Shown here piece by piece: positions 17,905 to 26,833 of a DNA stretch of 32,000 nt. The notes under the pieces are model-generated. The model saw only the letters and a program-made list of their open reading frames with translations. It made no database searches and was not told where the DNA came from. Numbering within the stretch: the stretch's first letter is position 1; each line of letters opens with the position of its first letter. The position numbers and the translations under genes are program-made. Source of the stretch: a bacterium (GTDB taxonomy: Bacteria > Babelota > Babeliae > Babelales > RVW-14); the NCBI GenBank assembly GCA_016699045.1, contig CP064957.1, forward strand, positions 911,862 to 943,861, given 5' to 3'.

Positions 17905-19403
17905 CGTTGCCGTCTCCAGTTTTGGTGATGCCAGTGGTTTGGTGCTGTTGTCATAAGAGGTTTGGCGGAAGGTTGTTCTGCGCTGAGTAATTGCATGACG
18001 GCGGCAATGATAGCATTATTTTCTTGTTCTTCGTGATGTGGGGTTGGTGGTGCGGTCTGTGCAACAAATTGGGTAGCGGTATTAAACATGCCGCTGCTAA
18101 AAAGAGATGAAGATATAGCGTTGCGTAAAAAAGTACGGTTGGTGATGATGCCTTCAATGCCGTAGTGCCGCAATGCTTCGGCCATAAATTGTGTTGCCTG
18201 AACGCGGTTTGCGCCGTAGGTGGTAATTTTTGCAATCATGGGATCAAAGTATGCGGTAATCTCAACGCCCTCAAAAAGATCGTGATCGTGCCGCATAAAC
18301 GGTACGCTTGGTGGCTGAAAATAATGAATGGTGCCGGTTGAGGGCATAAAATTTTCATCAGGGTTTTCTGCGTACAGGCGGCATTCAAGTGCGTGGCCGC
18401 GCTGCGTAATATCGATTTGTTGGTACGGTAGCGCTCTGCCTTGTGCCAACTCAAGTTGGAGTGCTACCAAGTCGATGCCAGTGGTAAGTTCGGTAACCGA
18501 ATGTTCAACTTGTAAGCGCGTATTCATTTCTAAAAAATAACATTGTTCGTCGGCAGTTACTAAAAATTCAACAGTGCCAACGCTGTTGTAGCCAAGTGTT
18601 TGTGCCGCTTTAACTCCCAAGTTGTGAAGCTTGGTGCGCGTGGATTGGCTGACAAATAAGCAGGGTGATTCTTCAATAATTTTTTGGTTGCGGCGTTGGA
18701 TAGAACATTCACGTTCAAAAAGATGGATTGCGTTGGTACCATCGCCAGCAACTTGAACTTCAAGATGCCGCGTGTTTTCAAGGCAGCGCTCAATTAACAG
18801 TTTTGGTGAGCTCGTTAAATTTTTTGCTTGGCGAGCCGCCATTTCCCAGGCTTGTTCAAAGGCTGCTTCATGTGTCACGCGGACCATGCCCTTGCCGCCG
18901 CCGCCCAACGGATCTTTTATCATGAGCGGGTAGCCAAGTGATGCTGCATTTTGATGTGCTTGAGTGCGCGCGTGTGGCGCGTCAAGGTCGGCAAAAAAAC
19001 CTGGCACAATTGGGATGCCTGCCTGCTGCATGGTGTTGCGTGCGTTAATTTTGTCGCCCATCAATGCAATCAGGTCGTGATGCGGGCCAACCCATGTCAG
19101 GCCGTTTTCTTTTACGCGGTGGGCAAAGGAAGCATTTTCTGCTAAAAATCCGTAGCCGGGATGTATCGCGTCAGCTTCTGCGCGATGCGCGATGGAGATT
19201 AATGCTTCTTGGTTCATGTAGGCTGCCCGCCCATTGCCAGGCAATGGAAATGCCTGATCTGCGTTGCGAACAAAGCGCAATAAAATATCTTCTGGTGCGT
19301 AAACGGCAACCGTTGCTATGCCGAGTGCGCGGCAGGTTGCCTGAATGCGCAAGGCAATTTCAGAACGGTTGGCGATAAGGATTTTTTTGATTGGAGTGCG
19401 CAT
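17895..19403 (-). CDS. accC: Biotin carboxylase (acyl-CoA carboxylase alpha-type, ATP-grasp)
   Basis: 502 aa. KILIANRSEIALRI, glycine-rich loop MIKDPLGGGGKGMVRV, and LEMNTRLQVEHSVTE. A C-terminal extension of about 50 aa ends ..HWHHQNWRRQRWH. Confidence 0.9.
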   Translation of the reverse strand: MRTPIKKILIANRSEIALRIQATCRALGIATVAVYAPEDILLRFVRNADQAFPLPGNGRAAYMNQEALISIAHRAEADAIHPGYGFLAENASFAHRVKENGLTWVGPHHDLIALMGDKINARNTMQQAGIPIVPGFFADLDAPHARTQAHQNAASLGYPLMIKDPLGGGGKGMVRVTHEAAFEQAWEMAARQAKNLTSSPKLLIERCLENTRHLEVQVAGDGTNAIHLFERECSIQRRNQKIIEESPCLFVSQSTRTKLHNLGVKAAQTLGYNSVGTVEFLVTADEQCYFLEMNTRLQVEHSVTELTTGIDLVALQLELAQGRALPYQQIDITQRGHALECRLYAENPDENFMPSTGTIHYFQPPSVPFMRHDHDLFEGVEITAYFDPMIAKITTYGANRVQATQFMAEALRHYGIEGIITNRTFLRNAISSSLFSSGMFNTATQFVAQTAPPTPHHEEQENNAIIAAVMQLLSAEQPSAKPLMTTAPNHWHHQNWRRQRWH

Positions 19404-19412
19404 GAGGCACCA

Positions 19413-20321
19413 CTAAATTTTGTGAGCGAGTTCGTTGGCTTCTTCGGGTTCTTCTTCGTGCTGGTAGCTATTGAAAATTTCGTGCTCAAGCTCTTTTTCC
19501 AGTTCTTGAGCTGACGCTAAAATTTCTTTCACATTAATACAGCATTCTTCGTAAGAATCGTCTGATAACTCATCAATCGATTTGGTTGTTGTTTGGTCGG
19601 CGCTGGTGTCTTTTGTAGCTACTTCTTCGTCATACTCTTCGTCTTCTTCGACCGGTTTGTGAGCAAAGAAATTGATGTTGGCCTGAACGCCAGAAATATC
19701 AAAGAATGTTTTGTAGCGGGACAACAAGCGCCAGATTTCAATAAAATCAGCTAGTTCTAACAGCCAAAATGCCATGTTCTGGTTGCTTGGCGTTTGTACA
19801 GAGCTTACATACGATAAAACACGCAAAGTTCCTTCGATAGCAACTTGAAGAGCTTGTGCGATTTTAAACATGCGGAGTTTCTTTTTGGCGTTGCCATACT
19901 TATTTTTGAAGGCGACATTTTCCGCATCAACAATCCGAATAACATCGTACAAAACAGCCAATGTGTACGCGCTGACTTTTGGGATGCGGTTTGGGTAAAC
20001 CAAATCTTTTAACAGATTTGTTTCACGTGTTGTTAGTAGCTCGCACCCAATTTTTGCATCGGTTGCAAGATTAGCAATGCCAGTTGTTAGGCCGATGATA
20101 TTGGTATCTTCATGGTCCATACAGACAATGTACGGAATGTGCGCGACCGTGCGCAACAAGCCAAAAAGTACGGCATATTCAGCAACAAATTTTTTGGGAT
20201 CCTTGATTTTTTCGCTGATCGTTTCTTTAAACGATTTTGATTCTGCAGCGGCAAAGGTATTGGTCGTTGGTGTTGCCAATACAAGAACTACAAAAAATAT
20301 ACCGAAAATTTTTTTGAACAT
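19413..20321 (-). CDS. Hypothetical secreted protein with a strongly acidic C-terminal tail
   Basis: 302 aa. Signal peptide MFKKIFGIFFVVLVLATPTTNTFA. The C-terminal ~90 aa are rich in D/E (EEDEEYDEEV..ELSDDSYEE..HEEEPEEANE). Confidence 0.6.
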   Translation of the reverse strand: MFKKIFGIFFVVLVLATPTTNTFAAAESKSFKETISEKIKDPKKFVAEYAVLFGLLRTVAHIPYIVCMDHEDTNIIGLTTGIANLATDAKIGCELLTTRETNLLKDLVYPNRIPKVSAYTLAVLYDVIRIVDAENVAFKNKYGNAKKKLRMFKIAQALQVAIEGTLRVLSYVSSVQTPSNQNMAFWLLELADFIEIWRLLSRYKTFFDISGVQANINFFAHKPVEEDEEYDEEVATKDTSADQTTTKSIDELSDDSYEECCINVKEILASAQELEKELEHEIFNSYQHEEEPEEANELAHKI

Positions 20322-20375
20322 GATGTCCCTTAAGGCAGTTTTAAACCGATACTTTCTTTGGTATTGCAGCTTAAA

Positions 20376-21593
20376 TCAGTTGCTATGTTTGTCAACATTT
20401 CCTGCCATGGAAAAACATTGCGTCAGTTGATCGGTATGGTACGACAATATCTTGTCGGTTTTGAGCACATGTTCTTTGAAGTCATCAAATTCAAGATCAA
20501 CAAATAAATCGCTCATCATTTTATATAATTCTTTTTGTTTGAAATGATTGCGTACGTGCGGATTTGAGGTGATCAAAGCTGCTTTAGTTTCAAGATTAAG
20601 GCTGTGCCAAATAGTTTCCCATTCGTTTCGTGTAATCATCAAATCGTCTTTGCCATAAATAAAAAGCAGCGAGGTATCTTTAACCATTGGTAGGTAAGGC
20701 TCGATAGAAATATCGCTCAATTGTAAGCCCCAAATATTTTCGGTTAACCATTGCAACGAGTTACTGGCCCATTTCTTTTTCCAGGGCCATTGGTTTGCCC
20801 AGCCACCATTTTGTGGGGAACAGATCATTTTTGGATCGTGCTTAAGTTTTTCAACGATCAACGGCAATGATAGCCAGCAGCCATCAAGAATGATGCGATC
20901 AAAAATGCCTGGGTACATTGCGGCTGTTTTTAAGAAAATAAAGGCGCCGTAGCAAATGCCAAGCCCGCAAACTTTTGTGTAATGTTTTTGCGCTTTAAAA
21001 TGATTAACAACCGTTACCACGTCAATGTCTTCTTCTTGGCCAAGTGAGGCCAATGAGGAATCCATACCAAAGGTATTTTCAGCTAAATTCAGGCTCCAGG
21101 TGCCGATTTTAAATAAGCTAAAATCTTTAATGCCTTGACCGCGAAAATCAAACAGCACAACATCACAATCAAACATATCAACAAATGGTGTCATGTACTC
21201 GCGCGGGTTGGTAAAACCTTCGCCAATAATCATGAGCGTATCGCTACCGCGATCGAAGTAGGTGCAGCCGAGTGGTATGTGGTCGGGCGTTATCAGGGTC
21301 ATGGTTTTGCCAACACTTTTTTGATCTGGCTTTTTTTTGCGGTGGTGCGCGCGTACTTTTTTAGGTTGAGAAATAAATGAGGTGTCAAAATACAATGATT
21401 TGTTTAAGTAATTATTGCGGTAGTTGGCAAAGGCATTAAAAGCATGGGGAAGTTCTTGAGCTTGCTCTTTGCCAAACGCTATTTCGTTGTGATGAGCATA
21501 CGAAAAGGTCGGTTGTGGTTGGTTTGTTGGTGTAAGTTGTGCATTATATAATAAATTAACCATCATGGCAGCTGTTTTAATAAATTTTTTCAT
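20376..21593 (-). CDS. Alpha/beta-hydrolase-fold protein with a Cys at the nucleophile elbow
   Basis: 405 aa. LMIIGEGFTNPREYMTPFVDMFDCDVVLFDFRGQG resembles the strand, oxyanion and R-G-x-G region of alpha/beta hydrolases. The elbow reads VCGLGICYGAF (G-x-C-x-G). Confidence 0.6.
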   Translation of the reverse strand: MKKFIKTAAMMVNLLYNAQLTPTNQPQPTFSYAHHNEIAFGKEQAQELPHAFNAFANYRNNYLNKSLYFDTSFISQPKKVRAHHRKKKPDQKSVGKTMTLITPDHIPLGCTYFDRGSDTLMIIGEGFTNPREYMTPFVDMFDCDVVLFDFRGQGIKDFSLFKIGTWSLNLAENTFGMDSSLASLGQEEDIDVVTVVNHFKAQKHYTKVCGLGICYGAFIFLKTAAMYPGIFDRIILDGCWLSLPLIVEKLKHDPKMICSPQNGGWANQWPWKKKWASNSLQWLTENIWGLQLSDISIEPYLPMVKDTSLLFIYGKDDLMITRNEWETIWHSLNLETKAALITSNPHVRNHFKQKELYKMMSDLFVDLEFDDFKEHVLKTDKILSYHTDQLTQCFSMAGNVDKHSN

Positions 21594-21666
21594 GTTTTCC
21601 TACTGAAGTTAAATGTTGTTCTCAAAGATTTAATAGTTAATTTTTTATAACCAATGATTAATGTTT

Positions 21667-22182
21667 CTAACAACCTGGGTAGTTGCCGTAGGTTTGTTGG
21701 GCGTATTCTTCGATTTCTTCATCAGTTGCCAAGAGCCTGAACCAGTCTGCTGCTGGGCCTCTGCTGTCGTAAGGAACAGCAAGATTAGCGCTTAAAAGAA
21801 GATCTGCCAAATTTTGTTCATCAACGTACACTTCTCCGGTAATAGTGCCAGGACTGCCGGCGCGTCTCATTTCGCGCAATTCGATTACTTTTGCATTCTT
21901 CAAAGCTTTTTCGGTAAATGCGCGTGCTTCTTGTGCTTTTTGTTTAACAATATCGTGTCTGCTGTTCATATTAGGGCAATCGATGCCCGCCATTAAGACT
22001 GTTGTTTTTTGCCAAATTTCTGGCCATCCGTTGATGAAAATATCGAACGCTTCACCCTTTTCCACAGAAGTAACTTCTGAAATGATTATATTTCCGTAGT
22101 GACCTTGCTTTGAGGCTGCTGCAAAAAGTGATGAGTTTAAGCTCAAAAACAAAAGTAACATGAGTGCATTAACTATTTTCAT
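21667..22182 (-). CDS. Secreted SNase-like (thermonuclease-fold) protein, catalytic residues substituted
   Basis: 171 aa with a signal peptide. TTVLMAGIDCPNMNS...ARAFTEKALKNAKVIELRE...TITGEVYVDEQNLADLLLSANLAVPY follows the SNase pattern (v.RL.GID.PE...A..f....v.l...GR..a.V...g.n....l..GlA..Y). The Arg and Glu positions read M and N instead. Confidence 0.45.
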   Translation of the reverse strand: MKIVNALMLLLFLSLNSSLFAAASKQGHYGNIIISEVTSVEKGEAFDIFINGWPEIWQKTTVLMAGIDCPNMNSRHDIVKQKAQEARAFTEKALKNAKVIELREMRRAGSPGTITGEVYVDEQNLADLLLSANLAVPYDSRGPAADWFRLLATDEEIEEYAQQTYGNYPGC

Positions 22183-23117
22183 TCTTTTCCTTCTTCGGCG
22201 TATATGCCTAATTCTTTAAGCGCTTCAAAGTATAATCTAACAAAAACTACACCAGAAACAACTTGGCCGGTCCGAAAGCCCAAACCTCTGCCGATAAGTG
22301 TTTTAAAGCCGCTTTCGTTGTACAAAGATTTAAAAACAGAAAACATCGTTGGATAAATTTTTCCGTCAATATCTCCCTGCATCAGAACTTTGGCAGTATT
22401 TGGAGGAGTTGTCAAAAGGGCTGCGCATAGAGCGGCAGTTGCCCCGCCGGCAATGTTGGCGGTCCATTCATAATCAGAGTCATGCAGATCAAAAGCATTA
22501 CTGATGTGTCCGCCCCACTCCGGTACCCAGGCGGTCGTGATAATAGAATTTCTGATAACGGCTGGTCCCAAGCCGCGCCATAAACTTTGTATGCCGTGAT
22601 GATTAACTAAATGTTTAACGATTGTATAAAAGCTCGTTGTTTTTTCGAGCATAGTTTTTTGTAATTCTTGATTGTGGCGGTACATAAAAAGCATTTCGTT
22701 TGGTGTTGCAACGCTGGCAGACAAAGCGCCTGCAGTACTTGCAGCGATAATGCGGTCCTGGTCTGAAAGCGGTTTTCCTTCATGGCGTGTCAGATTGAGC
22801 AAGTAGCGTGTGAAGGCATCGTATGCTACAAACTGAATGCTCATGGTCGGGAAGCGTGCCACTGCGTTGAGGACGTACCCGCGGTACCAGAAGTGTGGGC
22901 TGTTAGAAAATGGGAGGCCACATAAATGTCTGTTTTGCAGGTGCATCCAGCGGAGTTCAGCGCCAACGCCAACGGCTCCAGCTCCGCCAGCAATCAGAAC
23001 ATCCTTGAATAAAGCTAGCTGCTTTTCGGCAATGGATTGGACTGTTTCACAAGCTTCTGGTGCTGCAGCGCGTAAGAAATGGAGAGGGAGTAAGGCGAGT
23101 AACCATACATGTTTCAT
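22179..23117 (-). CDS. Mitochondrial carrier family (SLC25)-like membrane protein
   Basis: 312 aa in three ~100-aa modules.
- Module 1: IAGGAGAVGVG.. and WYRGYVLNAVARFPTMSIQFVAYDAF
- Module 2: STAGALSASVATPNEMLFMYR.. and GIQSLWRGLGPAVIRNSI
- Module 3: IAGGATAALCAALLTTPPNTAKVLMQ.. and GFKTLIGRGLGFRTGQVV..YFEALKE
GGAG Shine-Dalgarno upstream. ATGA overlap with the downstream gene. Confidence 0.6.
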   Translation of the reverse strand: MKHVWLLALLPLHFLRAAAPEACETVQSIAEKQLALFKDVLIAGGAGAVGVGAELRWMHLQNRHLCGLPFSNSPHFWYRGYVLNAVARFPTMSIQFVAYDAFTRYLLNLTRHEGKPLSDQDRIIAASTAGALSASVATPNEMLFMYRHNQELQKTMLEKTTSFYTIVKHLVNHHGIQSLWRGLGPAVIRNSIITTAWVPEWGGHISNAFDLHDSDYEWTANIAGGATAALCAALLTTPPNTAKVLMQGDIDGKIYPTMFSVFKSLYNESGFKTLIGRGLGFRTGQVVSGVVFVRLYFEALKELGIYAEEGKE

Positions 23118-23259
23118 ACGTTTCTCCGTTTTTGTGAGTCAGTTTATGGGAGTAAAATTTAAAAAAATGAGCAGTTTTTTTTAAAATGCTACTTTTTTAG
23201 ACATCGTACACAAATCGTTTTAAACTAATCAATAAAAGCACTTTTTACCCCATCAGTAC

Positions 23260-24506
23260 GTGAGTTTATTAATGAATGCCCAGTTGCTAAAAAAACAGTT
23301 TCCTCTTTTTGCCCACCACCACGACGTGGTGTACCTGGACAATGCCGCTACTTATCAAAAGCCGCAGGTGGTGATTTCTGCCATGAGCACGTTTTATGAA
23401 ACGTCGTATGCCAGTGTGCATCGTGGTTTGTACGAGCTTGGCGAGCAGGCAACTGAGCAGTACGAGGCTGTTCGTGGCCAAATGGCAACGTTTATTAATG
23501 CCGCTCACGAGTCAGAAATTATCTTTACCAAAGGCGCTACTGAAGGTTTTAACATGGTTGCGCACAGCTGGGCAGCGCAGCATGTGAACGCGGGCGATGA
23601 AATTTTATTGTCGCAGGTTGAGCATCACGCCAATTTGTTGCCGTGGCAACGCGTTGCACAAAAGACGGGCGCCAAGCTGCGTTTTGTGCCGCTCGATGTA
23701 GAAACTTTTTTGTTAGAATTTTCAGCTGATTTGATTACGCCAAAAACTAAATTAGTATCGTTAACGTACGATTCCAACGTGCTCGGGCCGGTATGGCCTG
23801 CCGGCATGCTGGAAGACATTATGGCACAAGCCCACGCGGTTGGTGCGCGCGTCATGCTGGACACGACCCAGGCCATGATTCACCACAAAATTGACGTACA
23901 AAAAATGAATGTTGATTTTGTTGCTTTTTCCGGCCACAAGATGGCGGGGCCGACCGGTGTTGGTGTTTTGTATATCAAAAAAGAATTGCATGACGAAGTA
24001 GAGCCGTACCAAGTGGGTGGCTCGATGGTGTACTCAGTTTCTTTCGATAACGCGGTCTGGGCCCAAGTGCCACAAAAATTTGAAGCAGGAACGCCGGCCA
24101 TTGTTGAAGTTATTGGGCTGGGCGCAACCATCGACTTTTTAAATACGAACGTAAACTTTGAGCAACTGGCAAGGCACGAAGCAGCGCTTACGCAACAGCT
24201 GGTAACGGGCTTGCAAGCGCTTGAGGGCGTGCACATTGCCGGCAACACGCAGGCATTGGCAACGCATGGCCACTAGTAAGCTTTTGGGTTGATGGTATTC
24301 ATCCGCACGATTTGGCAACGTATCTTGCCAGCAAAAATATTGCATTGCGAGCCGGGCATCATTGTGCCCAACCGTTGGCAGATTTGTTGGGCGTGGCAGC
24401 GTTACTGCGCGTGAGCTTTGGTATGTACAACACGGCCGAAGATGTTGAGCGGTGTCTTAAACAGGTGGCCGACGGTATACAATTTTTTAGATCACTACAA
24501 CGATAA
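23260..24506 (+). pseudogene. sufS: Cysteine desulfurase SufS, interrupted by a frameshift near 24268-24275
   Basis: Part 1 (23260..24276, frame 1) carries the PLP-Lys motif FSGHKMAGPTGVGVLY and ends ..GNTQALATHGH*. The remaining C-terminal part is in frame 0, open from 24225 to the stop at 24504-24506, and reads ..PLVSFWVDGIHPHDLATYLASKNIALRAGHHCAQPL..VSFGMYNTAEDV. It carries the catalytic Cys. ATG at 23272 is an alternative start. Confidence 0.8.
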
Positions 24507-24511
24507 ACGCT

Positions 24512-24886
24512 ATGAATATGTATCAAGAAGAATTACTCGATCATTTTAAATATCCGCGCAACAATACGCCGCTGGATAACCCAAATTTTTCATCAGACAA
24601 AAAGAATCCTTCCTGTGGGGATGTGATGCACATTGAAGGCATTATTGTTGACAATATCTTGACTAAGGTTGCTTTTCAAGGAACCGGGTGCGTGATTAGT
24701 CAGGCAACAGCCTCCATGCTGACCGAGCAGGTTTTGGGAAAAAAAACTGAACACATTCTTGCGTTAACCGATCAGGATATTCTTGATTTAATTGGCATTG
24801 AGCTGGGGCCGGTGCGTATTAAATGCGCCCTGCTGTCGCTGCAAGCGCTTCAAGAAGGCATAAGTAAATTTCGTCAACAACCATAA
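24512..24886 (+). CDS. sufU: SufU/IscU-like Fe-S scaffold or sulfur-acceptor protein
   Basis: 124 aa with three conserved Cys contexts: NPSCGDVM, GTGCVISQA and RIKCALL. Confidence 0.85.
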   Translation: MNMYQEELLDHFKYPRNNTPLDNPNFSSDKKNPSCGDVMHIEGIIVDNILTKVAFQGTGCVISQATASMLTEQVLGKKTEHILALTDQDILDLIGIELGPVRIKCALLSLQALQEGISKFRQQP

Positions 24887-24896
24887 AGGAATTATT

Positions 24897-26420
24897 ATGA
24901 TTACGATCAAGCCAACGTCTCAAAACTTATGGGACATTGTCGCAGAAAGTTATATTTTTTTCGTTAATGAATCGTTAGATAGTGAATCTGACAATGCGAA
25001 TTTTACCAAAATTCAAGAGTACTATCCGCAGGTCAAAGCCGTTCTTAAAAAGCATAATTTTGAAGGCAAACAAGGCCAATCATACATTTTGACCGCTATG
25101 CAAAATGACCGCCTCGTAGAATTTATATTTGTCGGTCTTGGCAAGCACACCAAGAGCTGGGATGTTGAATTAGAAAAGTTACGTCGCGCCATTGGCAACG
25201 TTACCTTATTGCTCAAAAAACATGGTCTGCGTTCTGCTGCAATTGGCTTGCCTGAAGAAAAACCGTACAACATCAGCCGTGCTGAATTACTCAAGCAACT
25301 GATCGTGACCATGCACATGGCCAACTACGAATTTAATGTTTACAAAACCAAAGAGCCAAAAAAAGATTGGCAATGCGACGTCAGTTTTGTTGTTGATGCC
25401 AGCGAAGAAAAAGCATTGGCTGCAAGTGCAAACCACGGCATGATTATGGGCGAAGCGATCAACCAAGCGCGCCACTGGGCAGATTTGCCAGCCAATATTA
25501 TGACGCCAACCGCTTTGGCAGACGAAGCGGAAAAAATCGCCAAGCAGTACAAATTAAAATGCACTATCTTTGGCCGTGATGAAGCTGAAAAGCTTGGTAT
25601 GGGCGCCTTCTTGGCGGTTGATGCCGGTTCAGATCAACCAGGTAAATTTGTTATTCTTGAACACAAAGCGGCGTCAAAAGATGCACAAACGATTGCGTTG
25701 CTGGGCAAGGGCGTGATGTTTGATACCGGCGGTATTAGTTTGAAGCAATCAGATTTTATGACCGGCATGAAGTACGATATGTCCGGTGCGGCTGCAGTTA
25801 TCGCGTCCATGAAAATTTTTGCGCAGCTTAATCCCGATATTAATGTGGTTGGCATTACGCCGCTGGTTGAAAATATGCCAAGCGGCAAAGCTGCTCGCCA
25901 AGACGATATTGTGACTGCCATGAACGGCAAATCGATTGAAATTAAGAGCACCGATGCTGAAGGTCGTTTGATTCTTTCAGACGCCATGTGCTATGCCGAA
26001 AAGTTCCACAAGCCTGATATCATGATTGATATTGCCACGTTGACCGGCGCTTGTTTGTATGCGCTTGGTTACTTTTATTCAGGCCTGATGACGCAGGACG
26101 AAGAGCTGATGAAAGTGTTGCCAGAGATTGGTAAAAAGACTGGCGATCGCATTTGGCCGTTGCCACTTGATGACGATTTTAAAGCCGCCAACAATTCGCT
26201 TGTTGCCGATTTGGCCAACGTTGGTTGCCGTAGCTACAAAGCGGGCACTATCACGGCCGGCTGCTTTTTAAGCGAGTTTGTTGATAAAGCGCGCTGGGCG
26301 CATATTGATATTGCGGGGACCGCTGATGGCGTGCCGGGCAATATTAGCTACCTGGGCAAAACGTCGGCCGGTGCTGGGATCAGGCTTCTCGTTGATTTTG
26401 TTTTGAATTTTAAACATTAG
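24897..26420 (+). CDS. pepA: Leucyl aminopeptidase (M17)
   Basis: 507 aa. LLGKGVMFDTGGISLK, MKYDMSGAA, and KSTDAEGRLILSD (the NTDAEGRL signature). Confidence 0.9.
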   Translation: MITIKPTSQNLWDIVAESYIFFVNESLDSESDNANFTKIQEYYPQVKAVLKKHNFEGKQGQSYILTAMQNDRLVEFIFVGLGKHTKSWDVELEKLRRAIGNVTLLLKKHGLRSAAIGLPEEKPYNISRAELLKQLIVTMHMANYEFNVYKTKEPKKDWQCDVSFVVDASEEKALAASANHGMIMGEAINQARHWADLPANIMTPTALADEAEKIAKQYKLKCTIFGRDEAEKLGMGAFLAVDAGSDQPGKFVILEHKAASKDAQTIALLGKGVMFDTGGISLKQSDFMTGMKYDMSGAAAVIASMKIFAQLNPDINVVGITPLVENMPSGKAARQDDIVTAMNGKSIEIKSTDAEGRLILSDAMCYAEKFHKPDIMIDIATLTGACLYALGYFYSGLMTQDEELMKVLPEIGKKTGDRIWPLPLDDDFKAANNSLVADLANVGCRSYKAGTITAGCFLSEFVDKARWAHIDIAGTADGVPGNISYLGKTSAGAGIRLLVDFVLNFKH

Positions 26421-26435
26421 TTTTTTTAAAATAAA

Positions 26436-26497
26436 AATTGAGCCTTTTGTTTCATTTGTTTTATTGCAAAACGTGAGACAAGGCTCAATTTTTTTTA
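26436..26497 (+). terminator. Rho-independent terminator after pepA
   Basis: AATTGAGCCTT (26436-26446) pairs with AAGGCTCAATT (26480-26490). Extended imperfect inner pairing includes GTTTT/AAAAC. A T-run follows at 26489-26496. Confidence 0.7.
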
Positions 26498-26576
26498 TTG
26501 TATGAATTTATAACGAATGATTTTGATAAAAAAATAGCCCCAGCAAGTCTAAGCCTACCAGAGCGAATTTGAAAAG

Positions 26577-26652
26577 TGGCTCCCCGAGTAGGACTCGAAC
26601 CTACGACCTAACGATTAACAGTCGTGTGCTCTACCAACTGAGCTATCGGGGA
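26577..26652 (-). tRNA. tRNA-Asn (anticodon GUU)
   Basis: Reverse complement is TCCCCGATAGCTCAGTTGGTAGAGCACACGACTGTTAATCGTTAGGTCGTAGGTTCGAGTCCTACTCGGGGAGCCA. Acceptor TCCCCGA/TCGGGGA, anticodon loop CTGTTAA, T arm GTAGG-TTCGAGT-CCTAC. Confidence 0.9.
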
Positions 26653-26695
26653 GCGAATTTCAATGGATGGGCCAGGCATTTCCTTCAGAAATGAC

Positions 26696-26772
26696 TGGTG
26701 GGCGAAGCGGGATTCGAACCTGCGACCCCCTGCTTGTAAGGCAGATGCTCTAACCAACTGAGCTATTCGCCC
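26696..26772 (-). tRNA. tRNA-Val (anticodon UAC)
   Basis: Reverse complement is GGGCGAATAGCTCAGTTGGTTAGAGCATCTGCCTTACAAGCAGGGGGTCGCAGGTTCGAATCCCGCTTCGCCCACCA. Anticodon loop CTTACAA. All stems pair. Confidence 0.92.
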
Positions 26773-26833
26773 GGCACTGTTGTCCTCCGAAGCTATCAGA
26801 GCGTAGGAGGAGTTGTAAAAAACAGATGAACAG

